From the NCBI GenBank assembly GCA_964016885.1, contig OZ024741.1:139314001-139378000 (forward strand): a stretch of 64,000 nucleotides of DNA, given 5' to 3'. The notes under the pieces are model-generated. The model saw nothing but the letters and a program-made list of their open reading frames with translations, made no database searches and was not told the DNA's origin. Positions 13,510 through 26,762 of this stretch are shown here, in pieces (position 1 is the first letter of the stretch; every line of letters begins with the position of its first letter). The position numbers and the translations under genes were made by a program. Origin of the DNA: Eledone cirrhosa (lineage: Eukaryota).

Positions 13510-15105
13510 TAAATTCATATTTATATTTAAACGTTGAGTTCAATCTATGTCTGCAGCAACTGAATAAATTATTCCTTAAATTAAGGGAATTTTTGGTCTT
13601 TAATATAAAAAATATTTCCTCTATACAAAGGTCAGAATTTTCTGAAGAGGAATTAAAAGGAGCAGCTTTCTGAAATAATATTCCAAATCAGCGAATATTC
13701 AACATTATCTCGTCTTAGGTCCCATAATACGGTAGATAGCGAAGTTGAAGATTTTTTGTTTGGATCTGTAAAAGAATTTTTATGATTATTGAAGCGGGAT
13801 TTAAATTCTGTAGAGGTAGAACCGACATAGTTAAATGAATTTAAATTAGTTTTAACATTACAATTATAAACTACATTTTTAGCTAAGCAGTTGTTATTTA
13901 ACGGACAGTTGGATATATTTCTACAGTTACAGTTAATCAATTGAATATTGCTTGGGTATTTTGGTTAGGTTTTAAATTTCTATTATTAATTCTATTAATA
14001 TTTTGCGCTAAATTTTTGGTGGAAGAGTAGGTTAATTTTATAGCATGTCTATTAAAAATTGTGTAATATCTATGTTTTCTAGGGAATCGTTTGTCAAGAG
14101 CTTTAAAGAATAGTTTAGCAATAGGGGTTTTAATATTTAGTGAGAAAGGGGGAGCGAACCATAATATATTCCTAGTTCTATTTCTTTTTCGGCTTTCGGA
14201 GTTATAGTAATATTTTCTATTATGGTTGTTGAAATTGTTACCATAATAAAAGTTGTTATTATTTTGGTTATTTTGTATATTATTATTATTATCGATGTAT
14301 TTAATTTTATTTCTATACCCAGCTCTACCTAACGCTTCATTGTAATAATGCGCTTTTTCATCAAATATATTCTTATTAGATGAAATTCTTGAAATTCGTC
14401 CTTGAACAGAGTTCACTATAGTATTTTTAACGGATTTGGGGTGATTAGAGTTACAATTGACATAATTTAAGTTCTCATTTAGTTTGTGAAATGGATAATG
14501 AAGACATGTGTTGACATTTAGTGTTACATCTAGAAAATTGACTATTTTATGGTTATTCTCTATTTCTACTTTAAGATTAAGGTAATTAAAAAATTGTATA
14601 ATTTGTTTTCTTTTTCTATTTAGTTAACAGCTATTATTTTCTATGAGTAAAAGCATGTCGTCACGATATAAGCCTCCGGTTACATCTGGTATTTTTCTAT
14701 GTAGAGAATTAATTATAAATAGGCCCACAAGGTCCGTTACCTGAGCTGAGTCTGAAGATCCCATAGTTATGTCGAAATTATTATTTCTATCTGCCCTAGT
14801 CCAGAGTTGGTTATTAAATTCTTTTAATGTTTTCCGTGCCAATAATATAATGTGCATTTCATTGCTAGTTAGGTCTATATGTTTAAATGCGTAAGTTAGT
14901 GCCTTATTCAGTAGATTAGGAGTGATAGATGAGTAGTAGTTAGCAATATCCAACTGAATAAACTTATTATTATAGTAATATTTAATTTCGTTAAACCAAT
15001 CGATAACCTCACTAGTCCCTTTCCATAATTTTAAGTAAGATAAATTAGGTAAATTCTTAATTTTTTGTATTACTCTGTCTAGAATATGTTTGCTAAGTCT
15101 GCCCA
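13510..15105 (-). pseudogene. PLE RT plus C-terminal GIY-YIG endonuclease, frameshifted
   Basis: DIANYYSSI, FDITMGS, GLYRDD, RNILWFAPPFS, CNCRNISNCPLNNNC, VVY..YVGST..FKSRFNNH, terminal CCRHR. Confidence 0.88.
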
Positions 15106-15147
15106 GAGGGGTACGTCAATGTCTATTTATAAAACTGTTATATATTG

Positions 15148-15212
15148 TATTTCGTCTGATGAAGGCATACCATAATGTAACTTGGTATCCTTGAAATATA
15201 TACAATGAAATA
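15148..15212 (+). ncRNA. Hammerhead ribozyme copy in the inverted arm, cleavage triplet mutated to ACA
   Basis: tatttcgt-CTGATGA-aggcatacca...tggtatcctt-GAAA-tatat-ACA-atgaaata. Confidence 0.72.
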
Positions 15213-15337
15213 AATATGGTTTTTAAATATAGTTTCCATTTATTAATATCGTATATCTACTCCAAATATTTGTCGAGTGCTTTATATCAGTTATAAAAAT
15301 ATTTGCTTGTGTATCCCAACAATTTAAATAAAACTTT

Positions 15338-15632
<295 letters not shown>

Positions 15633-15654
15633 ATATATATATATATATATATAT

Positions 15655-18047
15655 AATAAATAATTTATATCTAGTAACATATATATACATACAAATGCAT
15701 ATCGATGCTCGCAAATATATAGGTTTTGTCTTAATAACATTGTGGTTCAATGCATGGGGTTGCAGAACAATAATATAAGAGACGTAAGATAGGAAAATTA
15801 TAAAATTAACTTACTTACTAAAATATCACTTGCAACTAATTAGTTTCTGGAATGGAGTAGATACATCTTCCGAAGAAGGTGTAAAGAAACATCCCGTCAT
15901 CAGGAAAGTCTATTCTCATATAAGTTTCCAGGCAAAGCGAGGACTCTGGAAGCTTATTAAAAAATAAATCAGTGGATAGGCATTTGTATGTATATATATG
16001 TTACTAGATATAAATTCTTTATTATTTGTATTATTATTTGCATTTGTATGTATATATATGTTACTAGATATAAATTCTTTATTATTATCTCCAAAATATT
16101 TGTCGAGCAATACTGGCCATGACTGCTGCTACGGTAGTAGGCTGGCCGCTGTCTTATTAACAACCCACTTTCCACCGATTGACCTCGATGTCACGTGTTC
16201 GATTCTTTTTTGAATTTGCCACAGACACAGAGGCAGTGATTTTCTCAATGACTAGGAAGTAAGTCCACGCTTTGCTATTTCCTATTCACTGATTTATTTT
16301 TTAATAAGCTTCCAGAGTCCTCGCTTTGCCTGGAAACTTATATGAGAATAGACTTTCCTGATGTCGGGATGTTTCTTTACACCTTCTTCGGAAGATGTAT
16401 CTACTCCATTCCAGAAACTAATTAGTTGCAAGTGATATTTTAGTAAGTAAGTTAATTTTATAATTTTCCTTACTTACGTCTCTTATATTATTGTTCTGCA
16501 ACCCCATGCATTGAACCACAATGTTATTAAGACAAAACCTATATATTTGCTAGCATCGATATGCATTTGTATGTATATATATGTTACTAGATATAAATTC
16601 TTTATTATTATCTCCAAAATATTTGTCGAGCAATACTGGCCATGACTGCTGCTACGGTAGTAGGCTGGCCGCTGTCTTATTAACAACCCACTTTCCACCG
16701 ATTGACCTCGATGTCACGTGTTCGATTCTTTTTGAATTTGCCACAGACACAGAGGCAGTGATTTTCTCAATGGCTAGGAAGTAAGTCCACGCTTTGCTAT
16801 TTCCTATTCACTGATTTATTTCTTAATAAGCTTCCAGAGTCCTCGCTTTGCCTGGAAACTTATATGAGAATAGACTTTCCTGATGACGGGATGTTTCTTT
16901 ACACCTTCTTCGGAAGATGTATCTACTCCATTCCAGAAACTAATTAGTTGCAAGTGATATTTTAGTAAGTAAGTTAATTTTATAATTTTCCTTTCTTACG
17001 TCTCTTATATTATTGTTCTGCAACCCCATGCATTGAACCACAATGTTATTAAGACAAAACCTATATATTTGCTAGCATCGATATGCATTTGTATGTATAT
17101 ATATGTTACTAGATATAAATTCTTTATTATTATCTCCAAAATATTTGTCGAGCAATACTGGCCATGACTGCTGCTACGGTAGTAGGCTGGCCGCTGTCTT
17201 ATTAACAACCCACTTTCCACCGATTGATCTCGATGTCACGTGTTCGATTCTTTTTGAATTTGCCACAGACACAGAGGCAGTGATTTTCTCAATGGCTAGG
17301 AAGTAAGTCCACGCTTTGCTATTTCCTATTCACTGATTTATTTCTTAATAAGCTTCCAGAGTCCTCGCTTTGCCTGGAAACTTATATGAGAATAGACTTT
17401 CCTGATGACGGGATGTTTCTTTACACCTTCTTCGGAAGATGTATCTACTCCATTCCAGAAACTAATTAGTTGCAAGTGATATTTTAGTAAGTAAGTTAAT
17501 TTTATAATTTTCCTTTCTTACGTCTCTTATATTATTGTTCTGCAACCCCATGCATTGAACCACAATGTTATTAAGACAAAACCTATATATTTGCTAGCAT
17601 CGATATGCATTTGTATGTATATATATGTTACTAGATATAAATTCTTTATTATTATCTCCAAAATATTTGTCGAGCAATACTGGCCATGACTGCTGCTACG
17701 GTAGTAGGCTGGCCGCTGTCTTATTAACAACCCACTTTCCACCGATTGATCTCGATGTCACGTGTTCGATTCTTTTTGAATTTGCCACAGACACAGAGGC
17801 AGTGATTTTCTCAATGGCTAGGAAGTAAGTCCACGCTTTGCTATTTCCTATTCACTGATTTATTTCTTAATAAGCTTCCAGAGTCCTCGCTTTGCCTGGA
17901 AACTTATATGAGAATAGACTTTCCTGATGACGGGATGTTTCTTTACACCTTCTTCGGAAGATGTATCTACTCCATTCCAGAAACTAATTAGTTGCAAGTG
18001 ATATTTTAGTAAGTAAGTTAATTTTATAATTTTCCTATCTTACGTCT

Positions 18048-18050
<3 letters not shown>
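15655..18050 (+). mobile_element. Retrozyme-like tandem array: ~3.9 copies of a 522-bp HHR unit plus a ~325-bp inverted arm
   Basis: Unit starts at 16041, 16564, 17086, 17608; 60-bp duplication 15981-16040; 15655-15980 is reverse complement of the unit; (TA)n both sides. Confidence 0.9.
16874..16955 (+). ncRNA. Type I HHR of the 522-bp unit (copies 16352-16433 with core mutation, 17396-17477, 17918-17999, and 15828-15909 minus)
   Basis: actttc-CTGATGA-cgggatg...cttcTTCGgaag...cattcca-GAAA-ctaatta-GTT-gcaagt; AACTAATTAGTT palindrome; C-A mismatch at helix II base and one mismatch in helix I. Confidence 0.72.
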
Positions 18051-18128
<78 letters not shown>

Positions 18129-18140
18129 ATATATATATAA

Positions 18141-19314
18141 TACGATATATTAACAATTGTAAACTATATTTATAAAACCATATTTATTTCATTATACATA
18201 TTTCAAGGACACCAAGTCGGATAAAATATAATATAGATCAGTTTTATAAATAAATATTGGCATACCCTTAAAGAATGCGATCATTTCTGTTGGAAGCTCC
18301 CGGATAGTGGGGTTATTAAATTTATGTAGTCTATTATGCAAATTAGTGTCGGATATGTTTAAATCACAGTAGATTTAAAATAAGCCGTTGGGGTATGGAG
18401 AAAGGGAAAGAACAGAAAAGAAAGAGAAAAAAGAGAACAATGAGAAAAAAGAGAAAAAAGAGCAAACTGTAAGCGGAAAATAAGAAAACAAGAAAAAGAG
18501 AAAGAGAAAGAGAAAGAGAAAGAGAAGAAAAAAAGAAAAGAGAAAAGGAGAAAGAGAAAGAGAAAGCCCTAAGTGATAGGTTGTTGTATTAGCGTAACTT
18601 TTAAGTTGAAGTGAAAAAATAAATATTTATTGGATGTGTTAGGAAGAGTAAATAAATAAATAATAATAACTGGAGAATTTTAACCAGTGTTTAAATATGA
18701 TTAAATGTTGTAGTTTATCAATTAAATTATCAATTAAATTATTGAGATCTATACATTAAAATTAGGATCTATATATTATTAAAAAATCTATATATTATTA
18801 AAACTATATATTATTAAAATATCTATATATTATTAAAAGAATATATTCATATATATACATATACATATACATATACATACACATACCTACATATACATAC
18901 ATACAATAAAGATCTTTTTATGTTTAAGATATAGGAATTTTTTTAAAGTTATAGATTTTTCGGAGAAAACGGAGAAAAAACCGGAGAAAAATCATTTCTA
19001 TGTAATAGCAAAGCAGCGTGAAGGAAATTAAGTTATTTACTTATATTAAATGTTATAAATGTTAAGATAATAAAGGACATTTAAGATTATACAAACCTTA
19101 TATTATTTAATACATTTTATAAATTTTATATCTAATAAATCCACCTGTTATGTAGTTGCGACTGTTATTATATAAGTTTGTTTATCATAAACCGTAAGAA
19201 ATCCATTATAACCGAGTGCATTCGAATTGTATGCATATATATATATATACACAACCCCCACATAGATACACATACACATACATACACGTACCGGTAGATA
19301 TGCACCATACATAC

Positions 19315-19345
<31 letters not shown>

Positions 19346-20110
19346 AAGATAAATATAAAGTACATAGTATAATTAAAGTACATAATATATAAAATAAAAT
19401 AAAAATGAATTATAGTTTTAAAAGGAATTACGATTTGGAAATATATTCGTACAATTTTAAGCATATAACTTTAAAGCAATATAATTTAAAAAAATATTAA
19501 AAAATATTTTAAGATATAATTTTAAAATAAGAATATGTCTAAAAGATTCAGTATAACAATTTAAATTTTTTTTATATATATATAATATTTAACTCTAAGT
19601 ATGTTTAACTTAATTTTCATAACCATATGGGAAATTCTCAAAGAAAAAAAAAGAGAAACTTTCAAAGGAGAAACTTTTAAAAATAGGAGAAACTTTCAAA
19701 GAAAATATTTTCCCATTTTAAGAGCTTTCAGTATGTTTATCTAGAAACTTTTCTAGGAACATTTTTTTTTTATATTGAGAGTTTTAAGCAGTCAAATGAA
19801 GGAATCTAATGATTTATTGATAGGTTCAATATATTTAATAGAATTAATTATATATTACATTTTAAATTTATATTTAAACGTTGAATTCAATCTATGTTTG
19901 CAGCAACTGAAAAGATTGCTCCTTACGTTCAGGGAATTTTTGCTTTTTAATATAAAGAATATTTCCTCTATACAAAGATCACAATTTTCTGAAGAAAAGT
20001 TTAAATGGAGTAGCTTTTGAAATAATATTCCAAAGTAACGAATATTTAACTTTCTTTAATTTAAGGTCCCATAATAAGCTAGATAGATAAGTTGAAGATT
20101 TTTTGTTTAA
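18141..20110 (-). mobile_element. Second Hydra-like PLE, 3' fragment (EN tail plus long 3' region)
   Basis: [42 protein letters not shown]; terminus homologous to 11279-11425 with the HHR core deleted. Confidence 0.8.
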
Positions 20111-20169
20111 ATGCATATATACATATATATATATATATGTATATATATATATGTATATACATATATATG

Positions 20170-20281
<112 letters not shown>

Positions 20282-20363
20282 CATATATATATATACATAT
20301 ATATATATATATTTATATATATATATATATATAGATATATAGATATATATATAAATATATATA

Positions 20364-20568
20364 AAACGAAGGAAATGTGGTAAGGAACCAGGTGGACCAT
20401 AAAGCACCAAAGTACTCAATACTTAGGGTAGTAGTGTGGGTAATAGGAACGAGTAAGACCCCGACGGCTGAGCTCAAGCCGTTTCGACGGCTAATTCTGG
20501 ACTAATTCTGGACAGAATTAGCCGTCGAAACGGCTTGAGCTCAGCCGTCGGGGGCCTACTCGTTCCTA
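20364..20568. mobile_element. Fold-back element, same family as 15441-15632
   Basis: Same tail and inverted arms; short ctaattctgga duplication at the axis. Confidence 0.85.
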
Positions 20569-20587
20569 TAAATATATATATATATAT

Positions 20588-20965
20588 CCACCCGGTAGAA
20601 GCGATCATGCCGTTTGAACGGTGAGTTAATAACTGAATAATTTTTTGTTTGATTTCCCTCTAAACACTATCACTGGCGTGCTTATGGTTATATTGACTGG
20701 TAGGTGTTGTGTAGCTAATTGAAGCAAAGGCTGATATGGTGGGGGAAGTTGATGTTATCTAGTTAATCTTATGGTGTCTTGCACGATATTGATATCTGCA
20801 CGTGTGCGTGATTGCGTAATAAACAAATTAATGTTGAAACTGATTTAGGTATGCCTCCTCCAGTATGGGGGATGTAGATGTGTGTATGGGTAGTATTTTT
20901 GGCAGTGATGAGGTACACCATCATTTGGGCAGCTATCGTGTACAACATATTTTGGATAGTCATAA
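20588..20965 (-). repeat. Copy of the 10250-10645 repeat
   Basis: Reverse-complement similarity over the whole length. Confidence 0.85.
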
Positions 20966-21291
20966 AGGGCTGTAACTCTTTGCTGCAAAGCATTGCGTCC
21001 GACCCTCTACCGATAGATTAATGATAGTTGTATAGGATTAAATATCTCTTAATGTCGTGCATGCACGCTTAACTAGCTTCTCATCCTCGGGTCAGTTTGC
21101 ATTCTTACCCCTTCCCTCGAGTTTTTCAGGCCTGTTTAGCACCCACCCCAACCCCACCCGCCGCTATGTACACGACATCAAAGATCAGTGACCACTCCCC
21201 TTGACAGACGAGAAAAACAACAAACTTTTAGGGGTTTTTGCTTAGATTATTTTGCATTTTTTGATTTGACTGCATCCCCATATAGGGATTT

Positions 21292-21389
21292 GAGTCCTTG
21301 ATAAGTTAAGCTAGATTCCCACCGTTCTAATACTGGTGGATTAGTTTAGATCTTGCTGTCGAAACGGCCCGAGTTCAACCGTCGGGGTC
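21292..21389 (+). ncRNA. Hammerhead ribozyme motif with U3-A8 core variant
   Basis: gagtcc-TTGATAA-g...c-GAAA-cggcccgagttcaacc-GTC-ggggtc; 3' half homologous to the 15441 family; about 15 nt before (TA)n. Confidence 0.62.
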
Positions 21390-21401
21390 GTGATTATATT
21401 C

Positions 21402-21473
<72 letters not shown>

Positions 21474-21491
21474 GTATATATATATATATCC

Positions 21492-21530
<39 letters not shown>

Positions 21531-21534
21531 ACCC

Positions 21535-21822
21535 TAACGGGTTTGATAAAATAAAGCACCAGTAATACACTGATTTAATTGCTGATCTTGTGCCAAATGT
21601 AGAAACAATTAATCTATAGAAAGTCAGGTGGTGGATTGGCACTATCTGTAGTGGGTTGGACCTCATGCTTTGCAACACAGAGTTTCGTCCCTTTACCTTC
21701 TGAGTTCAAATCCCACCGAGGTTAAATTTGCCTTTCATCCTTACAGGGCCGATAAAATAAAGTAACAAAATGTAACTGGGTAATTTTTGGCCTTGTGCCA
21801 AAACTAGAAACAATTAATCTAT
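21535..21822 (+). mobile_element. tRNA-derived SINE, partial tandem
   Basis: B box GAGTTCAAATCC, core tttgcctttcatcct..gataaaataaagta, 3' gtgccaaa..tagaaacaatta. Confidence 0.85.
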
Positions 21823-21999
21823 AGAAACGGTAAACTTCAATACAAAGGAATATGAAAGAAAAAAAAAAGAACGAGAGAAAGAATTTAAATTCATCGTGTA
21901 AGTTTGCCTAATCTAACACTCTGCTAAAAAGCAGAGTATTTATATTTTAATACTAATTCAGTTATCAATTACTTTGAGGGATAGGAAGGGCGCCTCATA

Positions 22000-22370
22000 C
22001 ACTAATTTACTTGTTTTTTCTTTTATATTCAAACAATCCAAAAATCCACCCTTAGTCTAGTTAGGACTTCTGACTTATAAAATTACAAGTCAGTTAATCA
22101 TATTGGTGGCCTCCCCAGAGCCCCGGACAGAATGGAGAAGGCGTTTCCCCGGAAGACGGCAAGGGAGACGCGCTGGAAAAGCCATTCCAGCTCGCGAGGC
22201 TCACACCTCCGGCTGGCCAGCTCAGCGCATATGGTGGAGAGTAAGGAGGTAGCCCTAGGGTCGAAGACACCAAAAGTCTCCACTGCCAAGGGTACAACCG
22301 CAAACCTGCCGGAGAGCGACCGGTATTTGAAGAGTTTGGCTACCTCAGCTCGACGTGCAGCAGAACGTGG
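22000..22370 (-). pseudogene. CRE-like non-LTR element 3' end (restriction-like endonuclease tail)
   Basis: KLFKYRSL..FAVVPLAVETFG..EPRELEWLFQRVSLAVFRGNAFSIL. Confidence 0.75.
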
Positions 22371-23226
22371 GTTAGTCCTAGTTATGTGTCATAGCTATTT
22401 GTTCGGCCGGCCCCATAGGGCTGTATGTATATTTTAGTAAGAGAGACCATATTCCGGGTTTATCTAAGGAAGATTAGAAACTGTTTATAATAGTGTAACT
22501 TTGCAAAGATCCACTAAGTTTATTTAGAAGGTGTAAATAACAAAGAAAATATTCTACTTTTACCTAAGTATGCTTGGGATTTCTTCTATCTTACTTTGTA
22601 ATTGGGAAGGATATAAAGCTGAGATCTACCCAGCTGGGTCGTGAAAGGGTTTTAGGGTAAGATTTGCTAAGGTAAGATATTTTTGTTGGCGCACTTCCCG
22701 CTAGCACACCCGGCTCTTAAAACTGTTAACATTCCTGGAGTGCTTGGAAAAATAAATTTTCCCTTTCTTTCGCTAGACGAAAATACCCGGAACGGATGAC
22801 ACGCCGTTGGGCCCCGGGCTGGCCGGGGTCGACAACGTCACTGGTTAATGTCCGCTAAGCATGAGCTTAATATTTACTCTATATTCCGCCCTGAAACTTT
22901 ATCGTGACTATATATAATACACTTATACTTTTTCTTAAAAGCCTCCTTCTGTAAATTCTTTAACTTAATCTCTCAAACTTAAACCTAAATCTTACTTTTC
23001 TAATTTCATCTTAAATGGCATCTTTTAACTCTAAACATAAATTTAACGTTTCTAATTGCTAATCGTAATTTCTGACCATACAGTATACTGTGCTGACGCC
23101 ATATATCTAGCTTTGTTAAGGAAATATCTCTTTTGGAAAAAATATTTTTTGTGGCACTTTCTGGCACTCATTACCAGCTTGAATGTAACCTGATCTCACC
23201 GCTGGCCTATGTCTTTGACAGGTTGG

Positions 23227-23636
23227 TAGTAGTACACTATAACCCTACGCGACACCCTCCCCCTCCCTACAAGGACATAAGTAGACTTAATAATCATCAT
23301 TTGAGCTCGGTTGACCGGGCTGGTAGCTGCTAAATGGTCGGCCGCCCAAATGTCTCTGATTTTCAGCACCATGGATTTTTTCTATTATATTCCTTTGTTA
23401 TATATCGAATACCTGATGATGTCACCGGATTCATACTGAACCCGGTCATTGAAATTATCATAGTATAATAAACCTTTTAAGGAATTACACCAGTCTAGCC
23501 GCCTGTTATTTTATAATAATTAACTCCGTACTCGCACCACCAACAACACAAACGAAGACGGGTGAGTTGCATTACGTCGAGTGCTCTCCATAATATTACA
23601 TCGAGGCTGACCATACGGAATGACCAGTTCTATCCA
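23227..23636 (+). mobile_element. 410-bp HHR-bearing repeat, copy 1
   Basis: Near-identical to 26353-26762; HHR motif 23409-23466; followed by (TAAA)n and (TA)n. Confidence 0.85.
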
Positions 23637-23673
23637 GTGGTGAACCAATAAACCTAAATAAATAAATAAATAA

Positions 23674-23773
<100 letters not shown>

Positions 23774-25799
23774 ATATTTATTAAAATAACAGATTAAAGT
23801 TTAAGCAAAGAATCAATGCTTTCACCCTTAACGGAATCTTCTGAAACTAACATATATATATCCACCTGCGTCTGTATATTTACGTAGCTCTATGCACGAT
23901 ACAATTCCTTCTATATCAATCTACCCGTTATATATATGTGTAGTATATAAACAAGGCTTATGCTGTGACTAATAACATTTTATTTATTTTATTTTCATGC
24001 CTACTACTGACTTGTTTCTGAAGGTAAGTCTGTTGTTTTATTTGTTTGTTTTGCCTTGTATGTTTATCTCTTCTACCCTTTGTATGAGGGTCCTGGCTTT
24101 GTCTCGTATCGTTAAATTGGTAATCTACTAATTTCAGTTAACTCTAGGTGATGACTGTCCATGGTATATGAAACCATATCTGACCTATTACGTGTTTTAC
24201 CTTTGTTTCCACACGAGTCAAAGCATTTTCTCTTAGATCACTGGTCCTAGAAGCATGTCTCCTCTGTATATAAGACCGAAGTTGTTCAAGTGAACATCTA
24301 AGCTCGAAAAGGCTGTGAACTAGTGTTGTCACCCTTCACTGAGGGAATTATTGCTCCATGAAATTATCATGCCCGAATAAACAACACGCTGCTCCTTACA
24401 TGAATTGAAATCAAAACCTGACTGGTTTTCCTAACAAAGGAAGCCAAAGATTTATATAAATATAATTAAGGGCATGATTCCTGTTTTTAGAATAATGATA
24501 ATGCGCGACTGATATACTTAAACAACGCGACACAAACATATTTCATTATCAAACAAATTCTAATATCAAATCAAAAAATGTCTCAGAGCCTCCAGCTATG
24601 TTATCTATTGTTGATGAAAAGTCTCTGATCTTGAATTGAATGATTATTGTGAAATCGTCTATTGGTCACAATCTTTGTAGCACCTTGTTTGTGTTATTGC
24701 ATGAAACTTTATGCTATATTTATATAGACAGCTGTAATTACCGAGTGCTGTTTTATGACATATTGCAATTCAATGCAGGATATTGGTTTAGATGTTTCGT
24801 TATTTTTTCTTCCAAGTTATACCTAGCACTGAATTGAGAGAATAGTTATCATATAGGAGATGTTTTCCTTTTACATTTGAATTTCCTTGCAGTGACACAC
24901 ATTTCATGAGATTGCGTTTTTCTTTCTTTATCAAGTCCACCACCCGAACAAGCATTTGGGAAATGGCTGTTTTGCCAGTCCAATTTTACATTCGATTATA
25001 CGATTGTCTGATTGGAACTGAACTTTTGCTAAATAAGGAAGTAATTACATATCACAATAATTTTTATGTCAATCATTCGGTTTTTGGCTGTGAAATGTTT
25101 AGCCATTTTGCCTGATAGTGGAATATGGAACTAGGCAGCATCACAGACAGTATACAATATGGAACTAGAAACCTTCTCATACAGCTAATATTGCCAGTTT
25201 CATAAAAGTTTCTAGTGCCTGGTTCAGAACAATTTCATAGTTTATAGCTTAGTGAAATTTCCTTCCTTCCTTTTAACGTCATTGTGAAGTAAGAATCTTC
25301 CTGTATTAGACAATTTTTTAATAATAGAGCGCCTATTTTGCGAATGTAAACCAACAAATAGTAAAGAATTATTACTCTTAGCGTAACTCCTTTTCCTCCC
25401 TTGTTCTACATTATTAAGGAAATTTGTTGTAGTAATCTAACAACAAAATAAAACATAACAAGAACAAACTGATTCGTTGTGTCATCTTTATTGATGAATT
25501 AATAAATACGGAACTCATAACAACATTCAATGTTGTCCACTGTGAAAACGATAACCATATCAATTTAGTTCGATTATTAATTATATCGATCAATTCTGAG
25601 CAACTGATTGTAGTAGTAGTGTTAATAATTTAGTGGTGATTAGTGGCAAATATATTCGTTAAGTGGCTGTAGCGGCAACAGCTCTAGTGGTAAAAGTGGT
25701 AGCGGCTTCGATAAAATAAAGTACCAGTAATGCAATGGGGTTGATTTAATCGACTTTCCTCTCCCTAAAAATTGATGGCCTTTTGCCTAAATGAGAAAT

Positions 25800-26350
25800 C
25801 ATTATTCTTATTGTTATTACTTTGATATTTCAGTCCTTGATGTTATTAAATCGCGAAATTTGCTTTAATGAACATCAAGCCGCTACCTGCAACCTCAGAT
25901 ATTCAGTACGTACTCGAGGGACCTTGCTATTCTCAGTGGCATTCCTTTTGGAGTGTTCCGAAAAAAGGGGCTGGGCTAATGGTTTATAACCAGCCTTGGT
26001 AGAAAGCAATTCGAGATAGTACCTAGTGTTCCTATGATAAAGGAGACGGCCTTGATCTCACGACAGTCCCAAATTCATTTCAGTTCCACTTTAGTTCTTG
26101 GTACCAGTTATTTTCTCCTCTCCTTTTCTTGCACTCTTGTGCCAAAGGGGCAAGCTACATCAATAATTAAACAAGATCTCTTTTACTTGTCGAAAATCAC
26201 CAGGTCAGGCCTATTGTGTTCTAATTTCTTGTCCGTTTGTATCCTGAAATCCCACAGAAACTTCACGCGATCGTTCTCTCTCAATGTCTCTGGGTTATGA
26301 TCGTAACATTTCTCGGAATGTGCAAAATTATTTAGTTTGCATAAATGCCA
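25800..26350 (-). pseudogene. R4/Dong-clade 3' fragment (restriction-like endonuclease)
   Basis: WHLCK..CYDHNPE..ENDRVKFLWDFRIQTDKKLEHNRPDLVIFDK..CLIIDVACP; ends in TAA-rich sequence. Confidence 0.8.
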
Positions 26351-26352
26351 GT

Positions 26353-26762
26353 TAGTAGTACACTATAACCCTACGCGACACCCTCCGCCTCCCCACAAGG
26401 ACATAAGTAGACTTAATAATCATCATTTGAGGGCGGTTGACCGGGCTGGTAGCTGCTACATGGTCGGCTGCCCAAATGTCTCTGATTTTCAGCACCATGG
26501 ATTTTTTCTATTATATTCCTTTGTTATATATCGAATACCTGATGATGTCACCGGATTCATACTGAACCCGGTCATTGAAATGATCATAGTATAATAAACA
26601 TTTTAAGGAATTACACCAGTCTAGCCGCCTGTTATTTTATAATAATTAACTCCGTACTCGCACCACCAACAACACAAACGAAGACGGGTGAGTTGCATTA
26701 CGTCGAGTGCTCTCCATAATATTACATCGAGGCTGACCATACGGAATGACCAGTTCTATCCA
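26353..26762 (+). mobile_element. 410-bp HHR-bearing repeat, copy 2
   Basis: Direct repeat of 23227-23636. Confidence 0.85.
26535..26592 (+). ncRNA. Type I hammerhead ribozyme
   Basis: atac-CTGATGA-tgtcaccgg..ccggtcatt-GAAA-tgatc-ATA-gtat; ATGATCAT palindrome. Confidence 0.75.

Noticed and set aside
15655-18050. CRISPR array or repeated 67-71 aa peptide gene
   Set aside because: Units are identical with no unique spacers; the ORFs have no recognisable motif and the first copy is frameshifted
23975-24030. Possible small exon ending in GAAG|GTAAGT
   Set aside because: Isolated donor consensus with no supportable acceptor or recognisable protein
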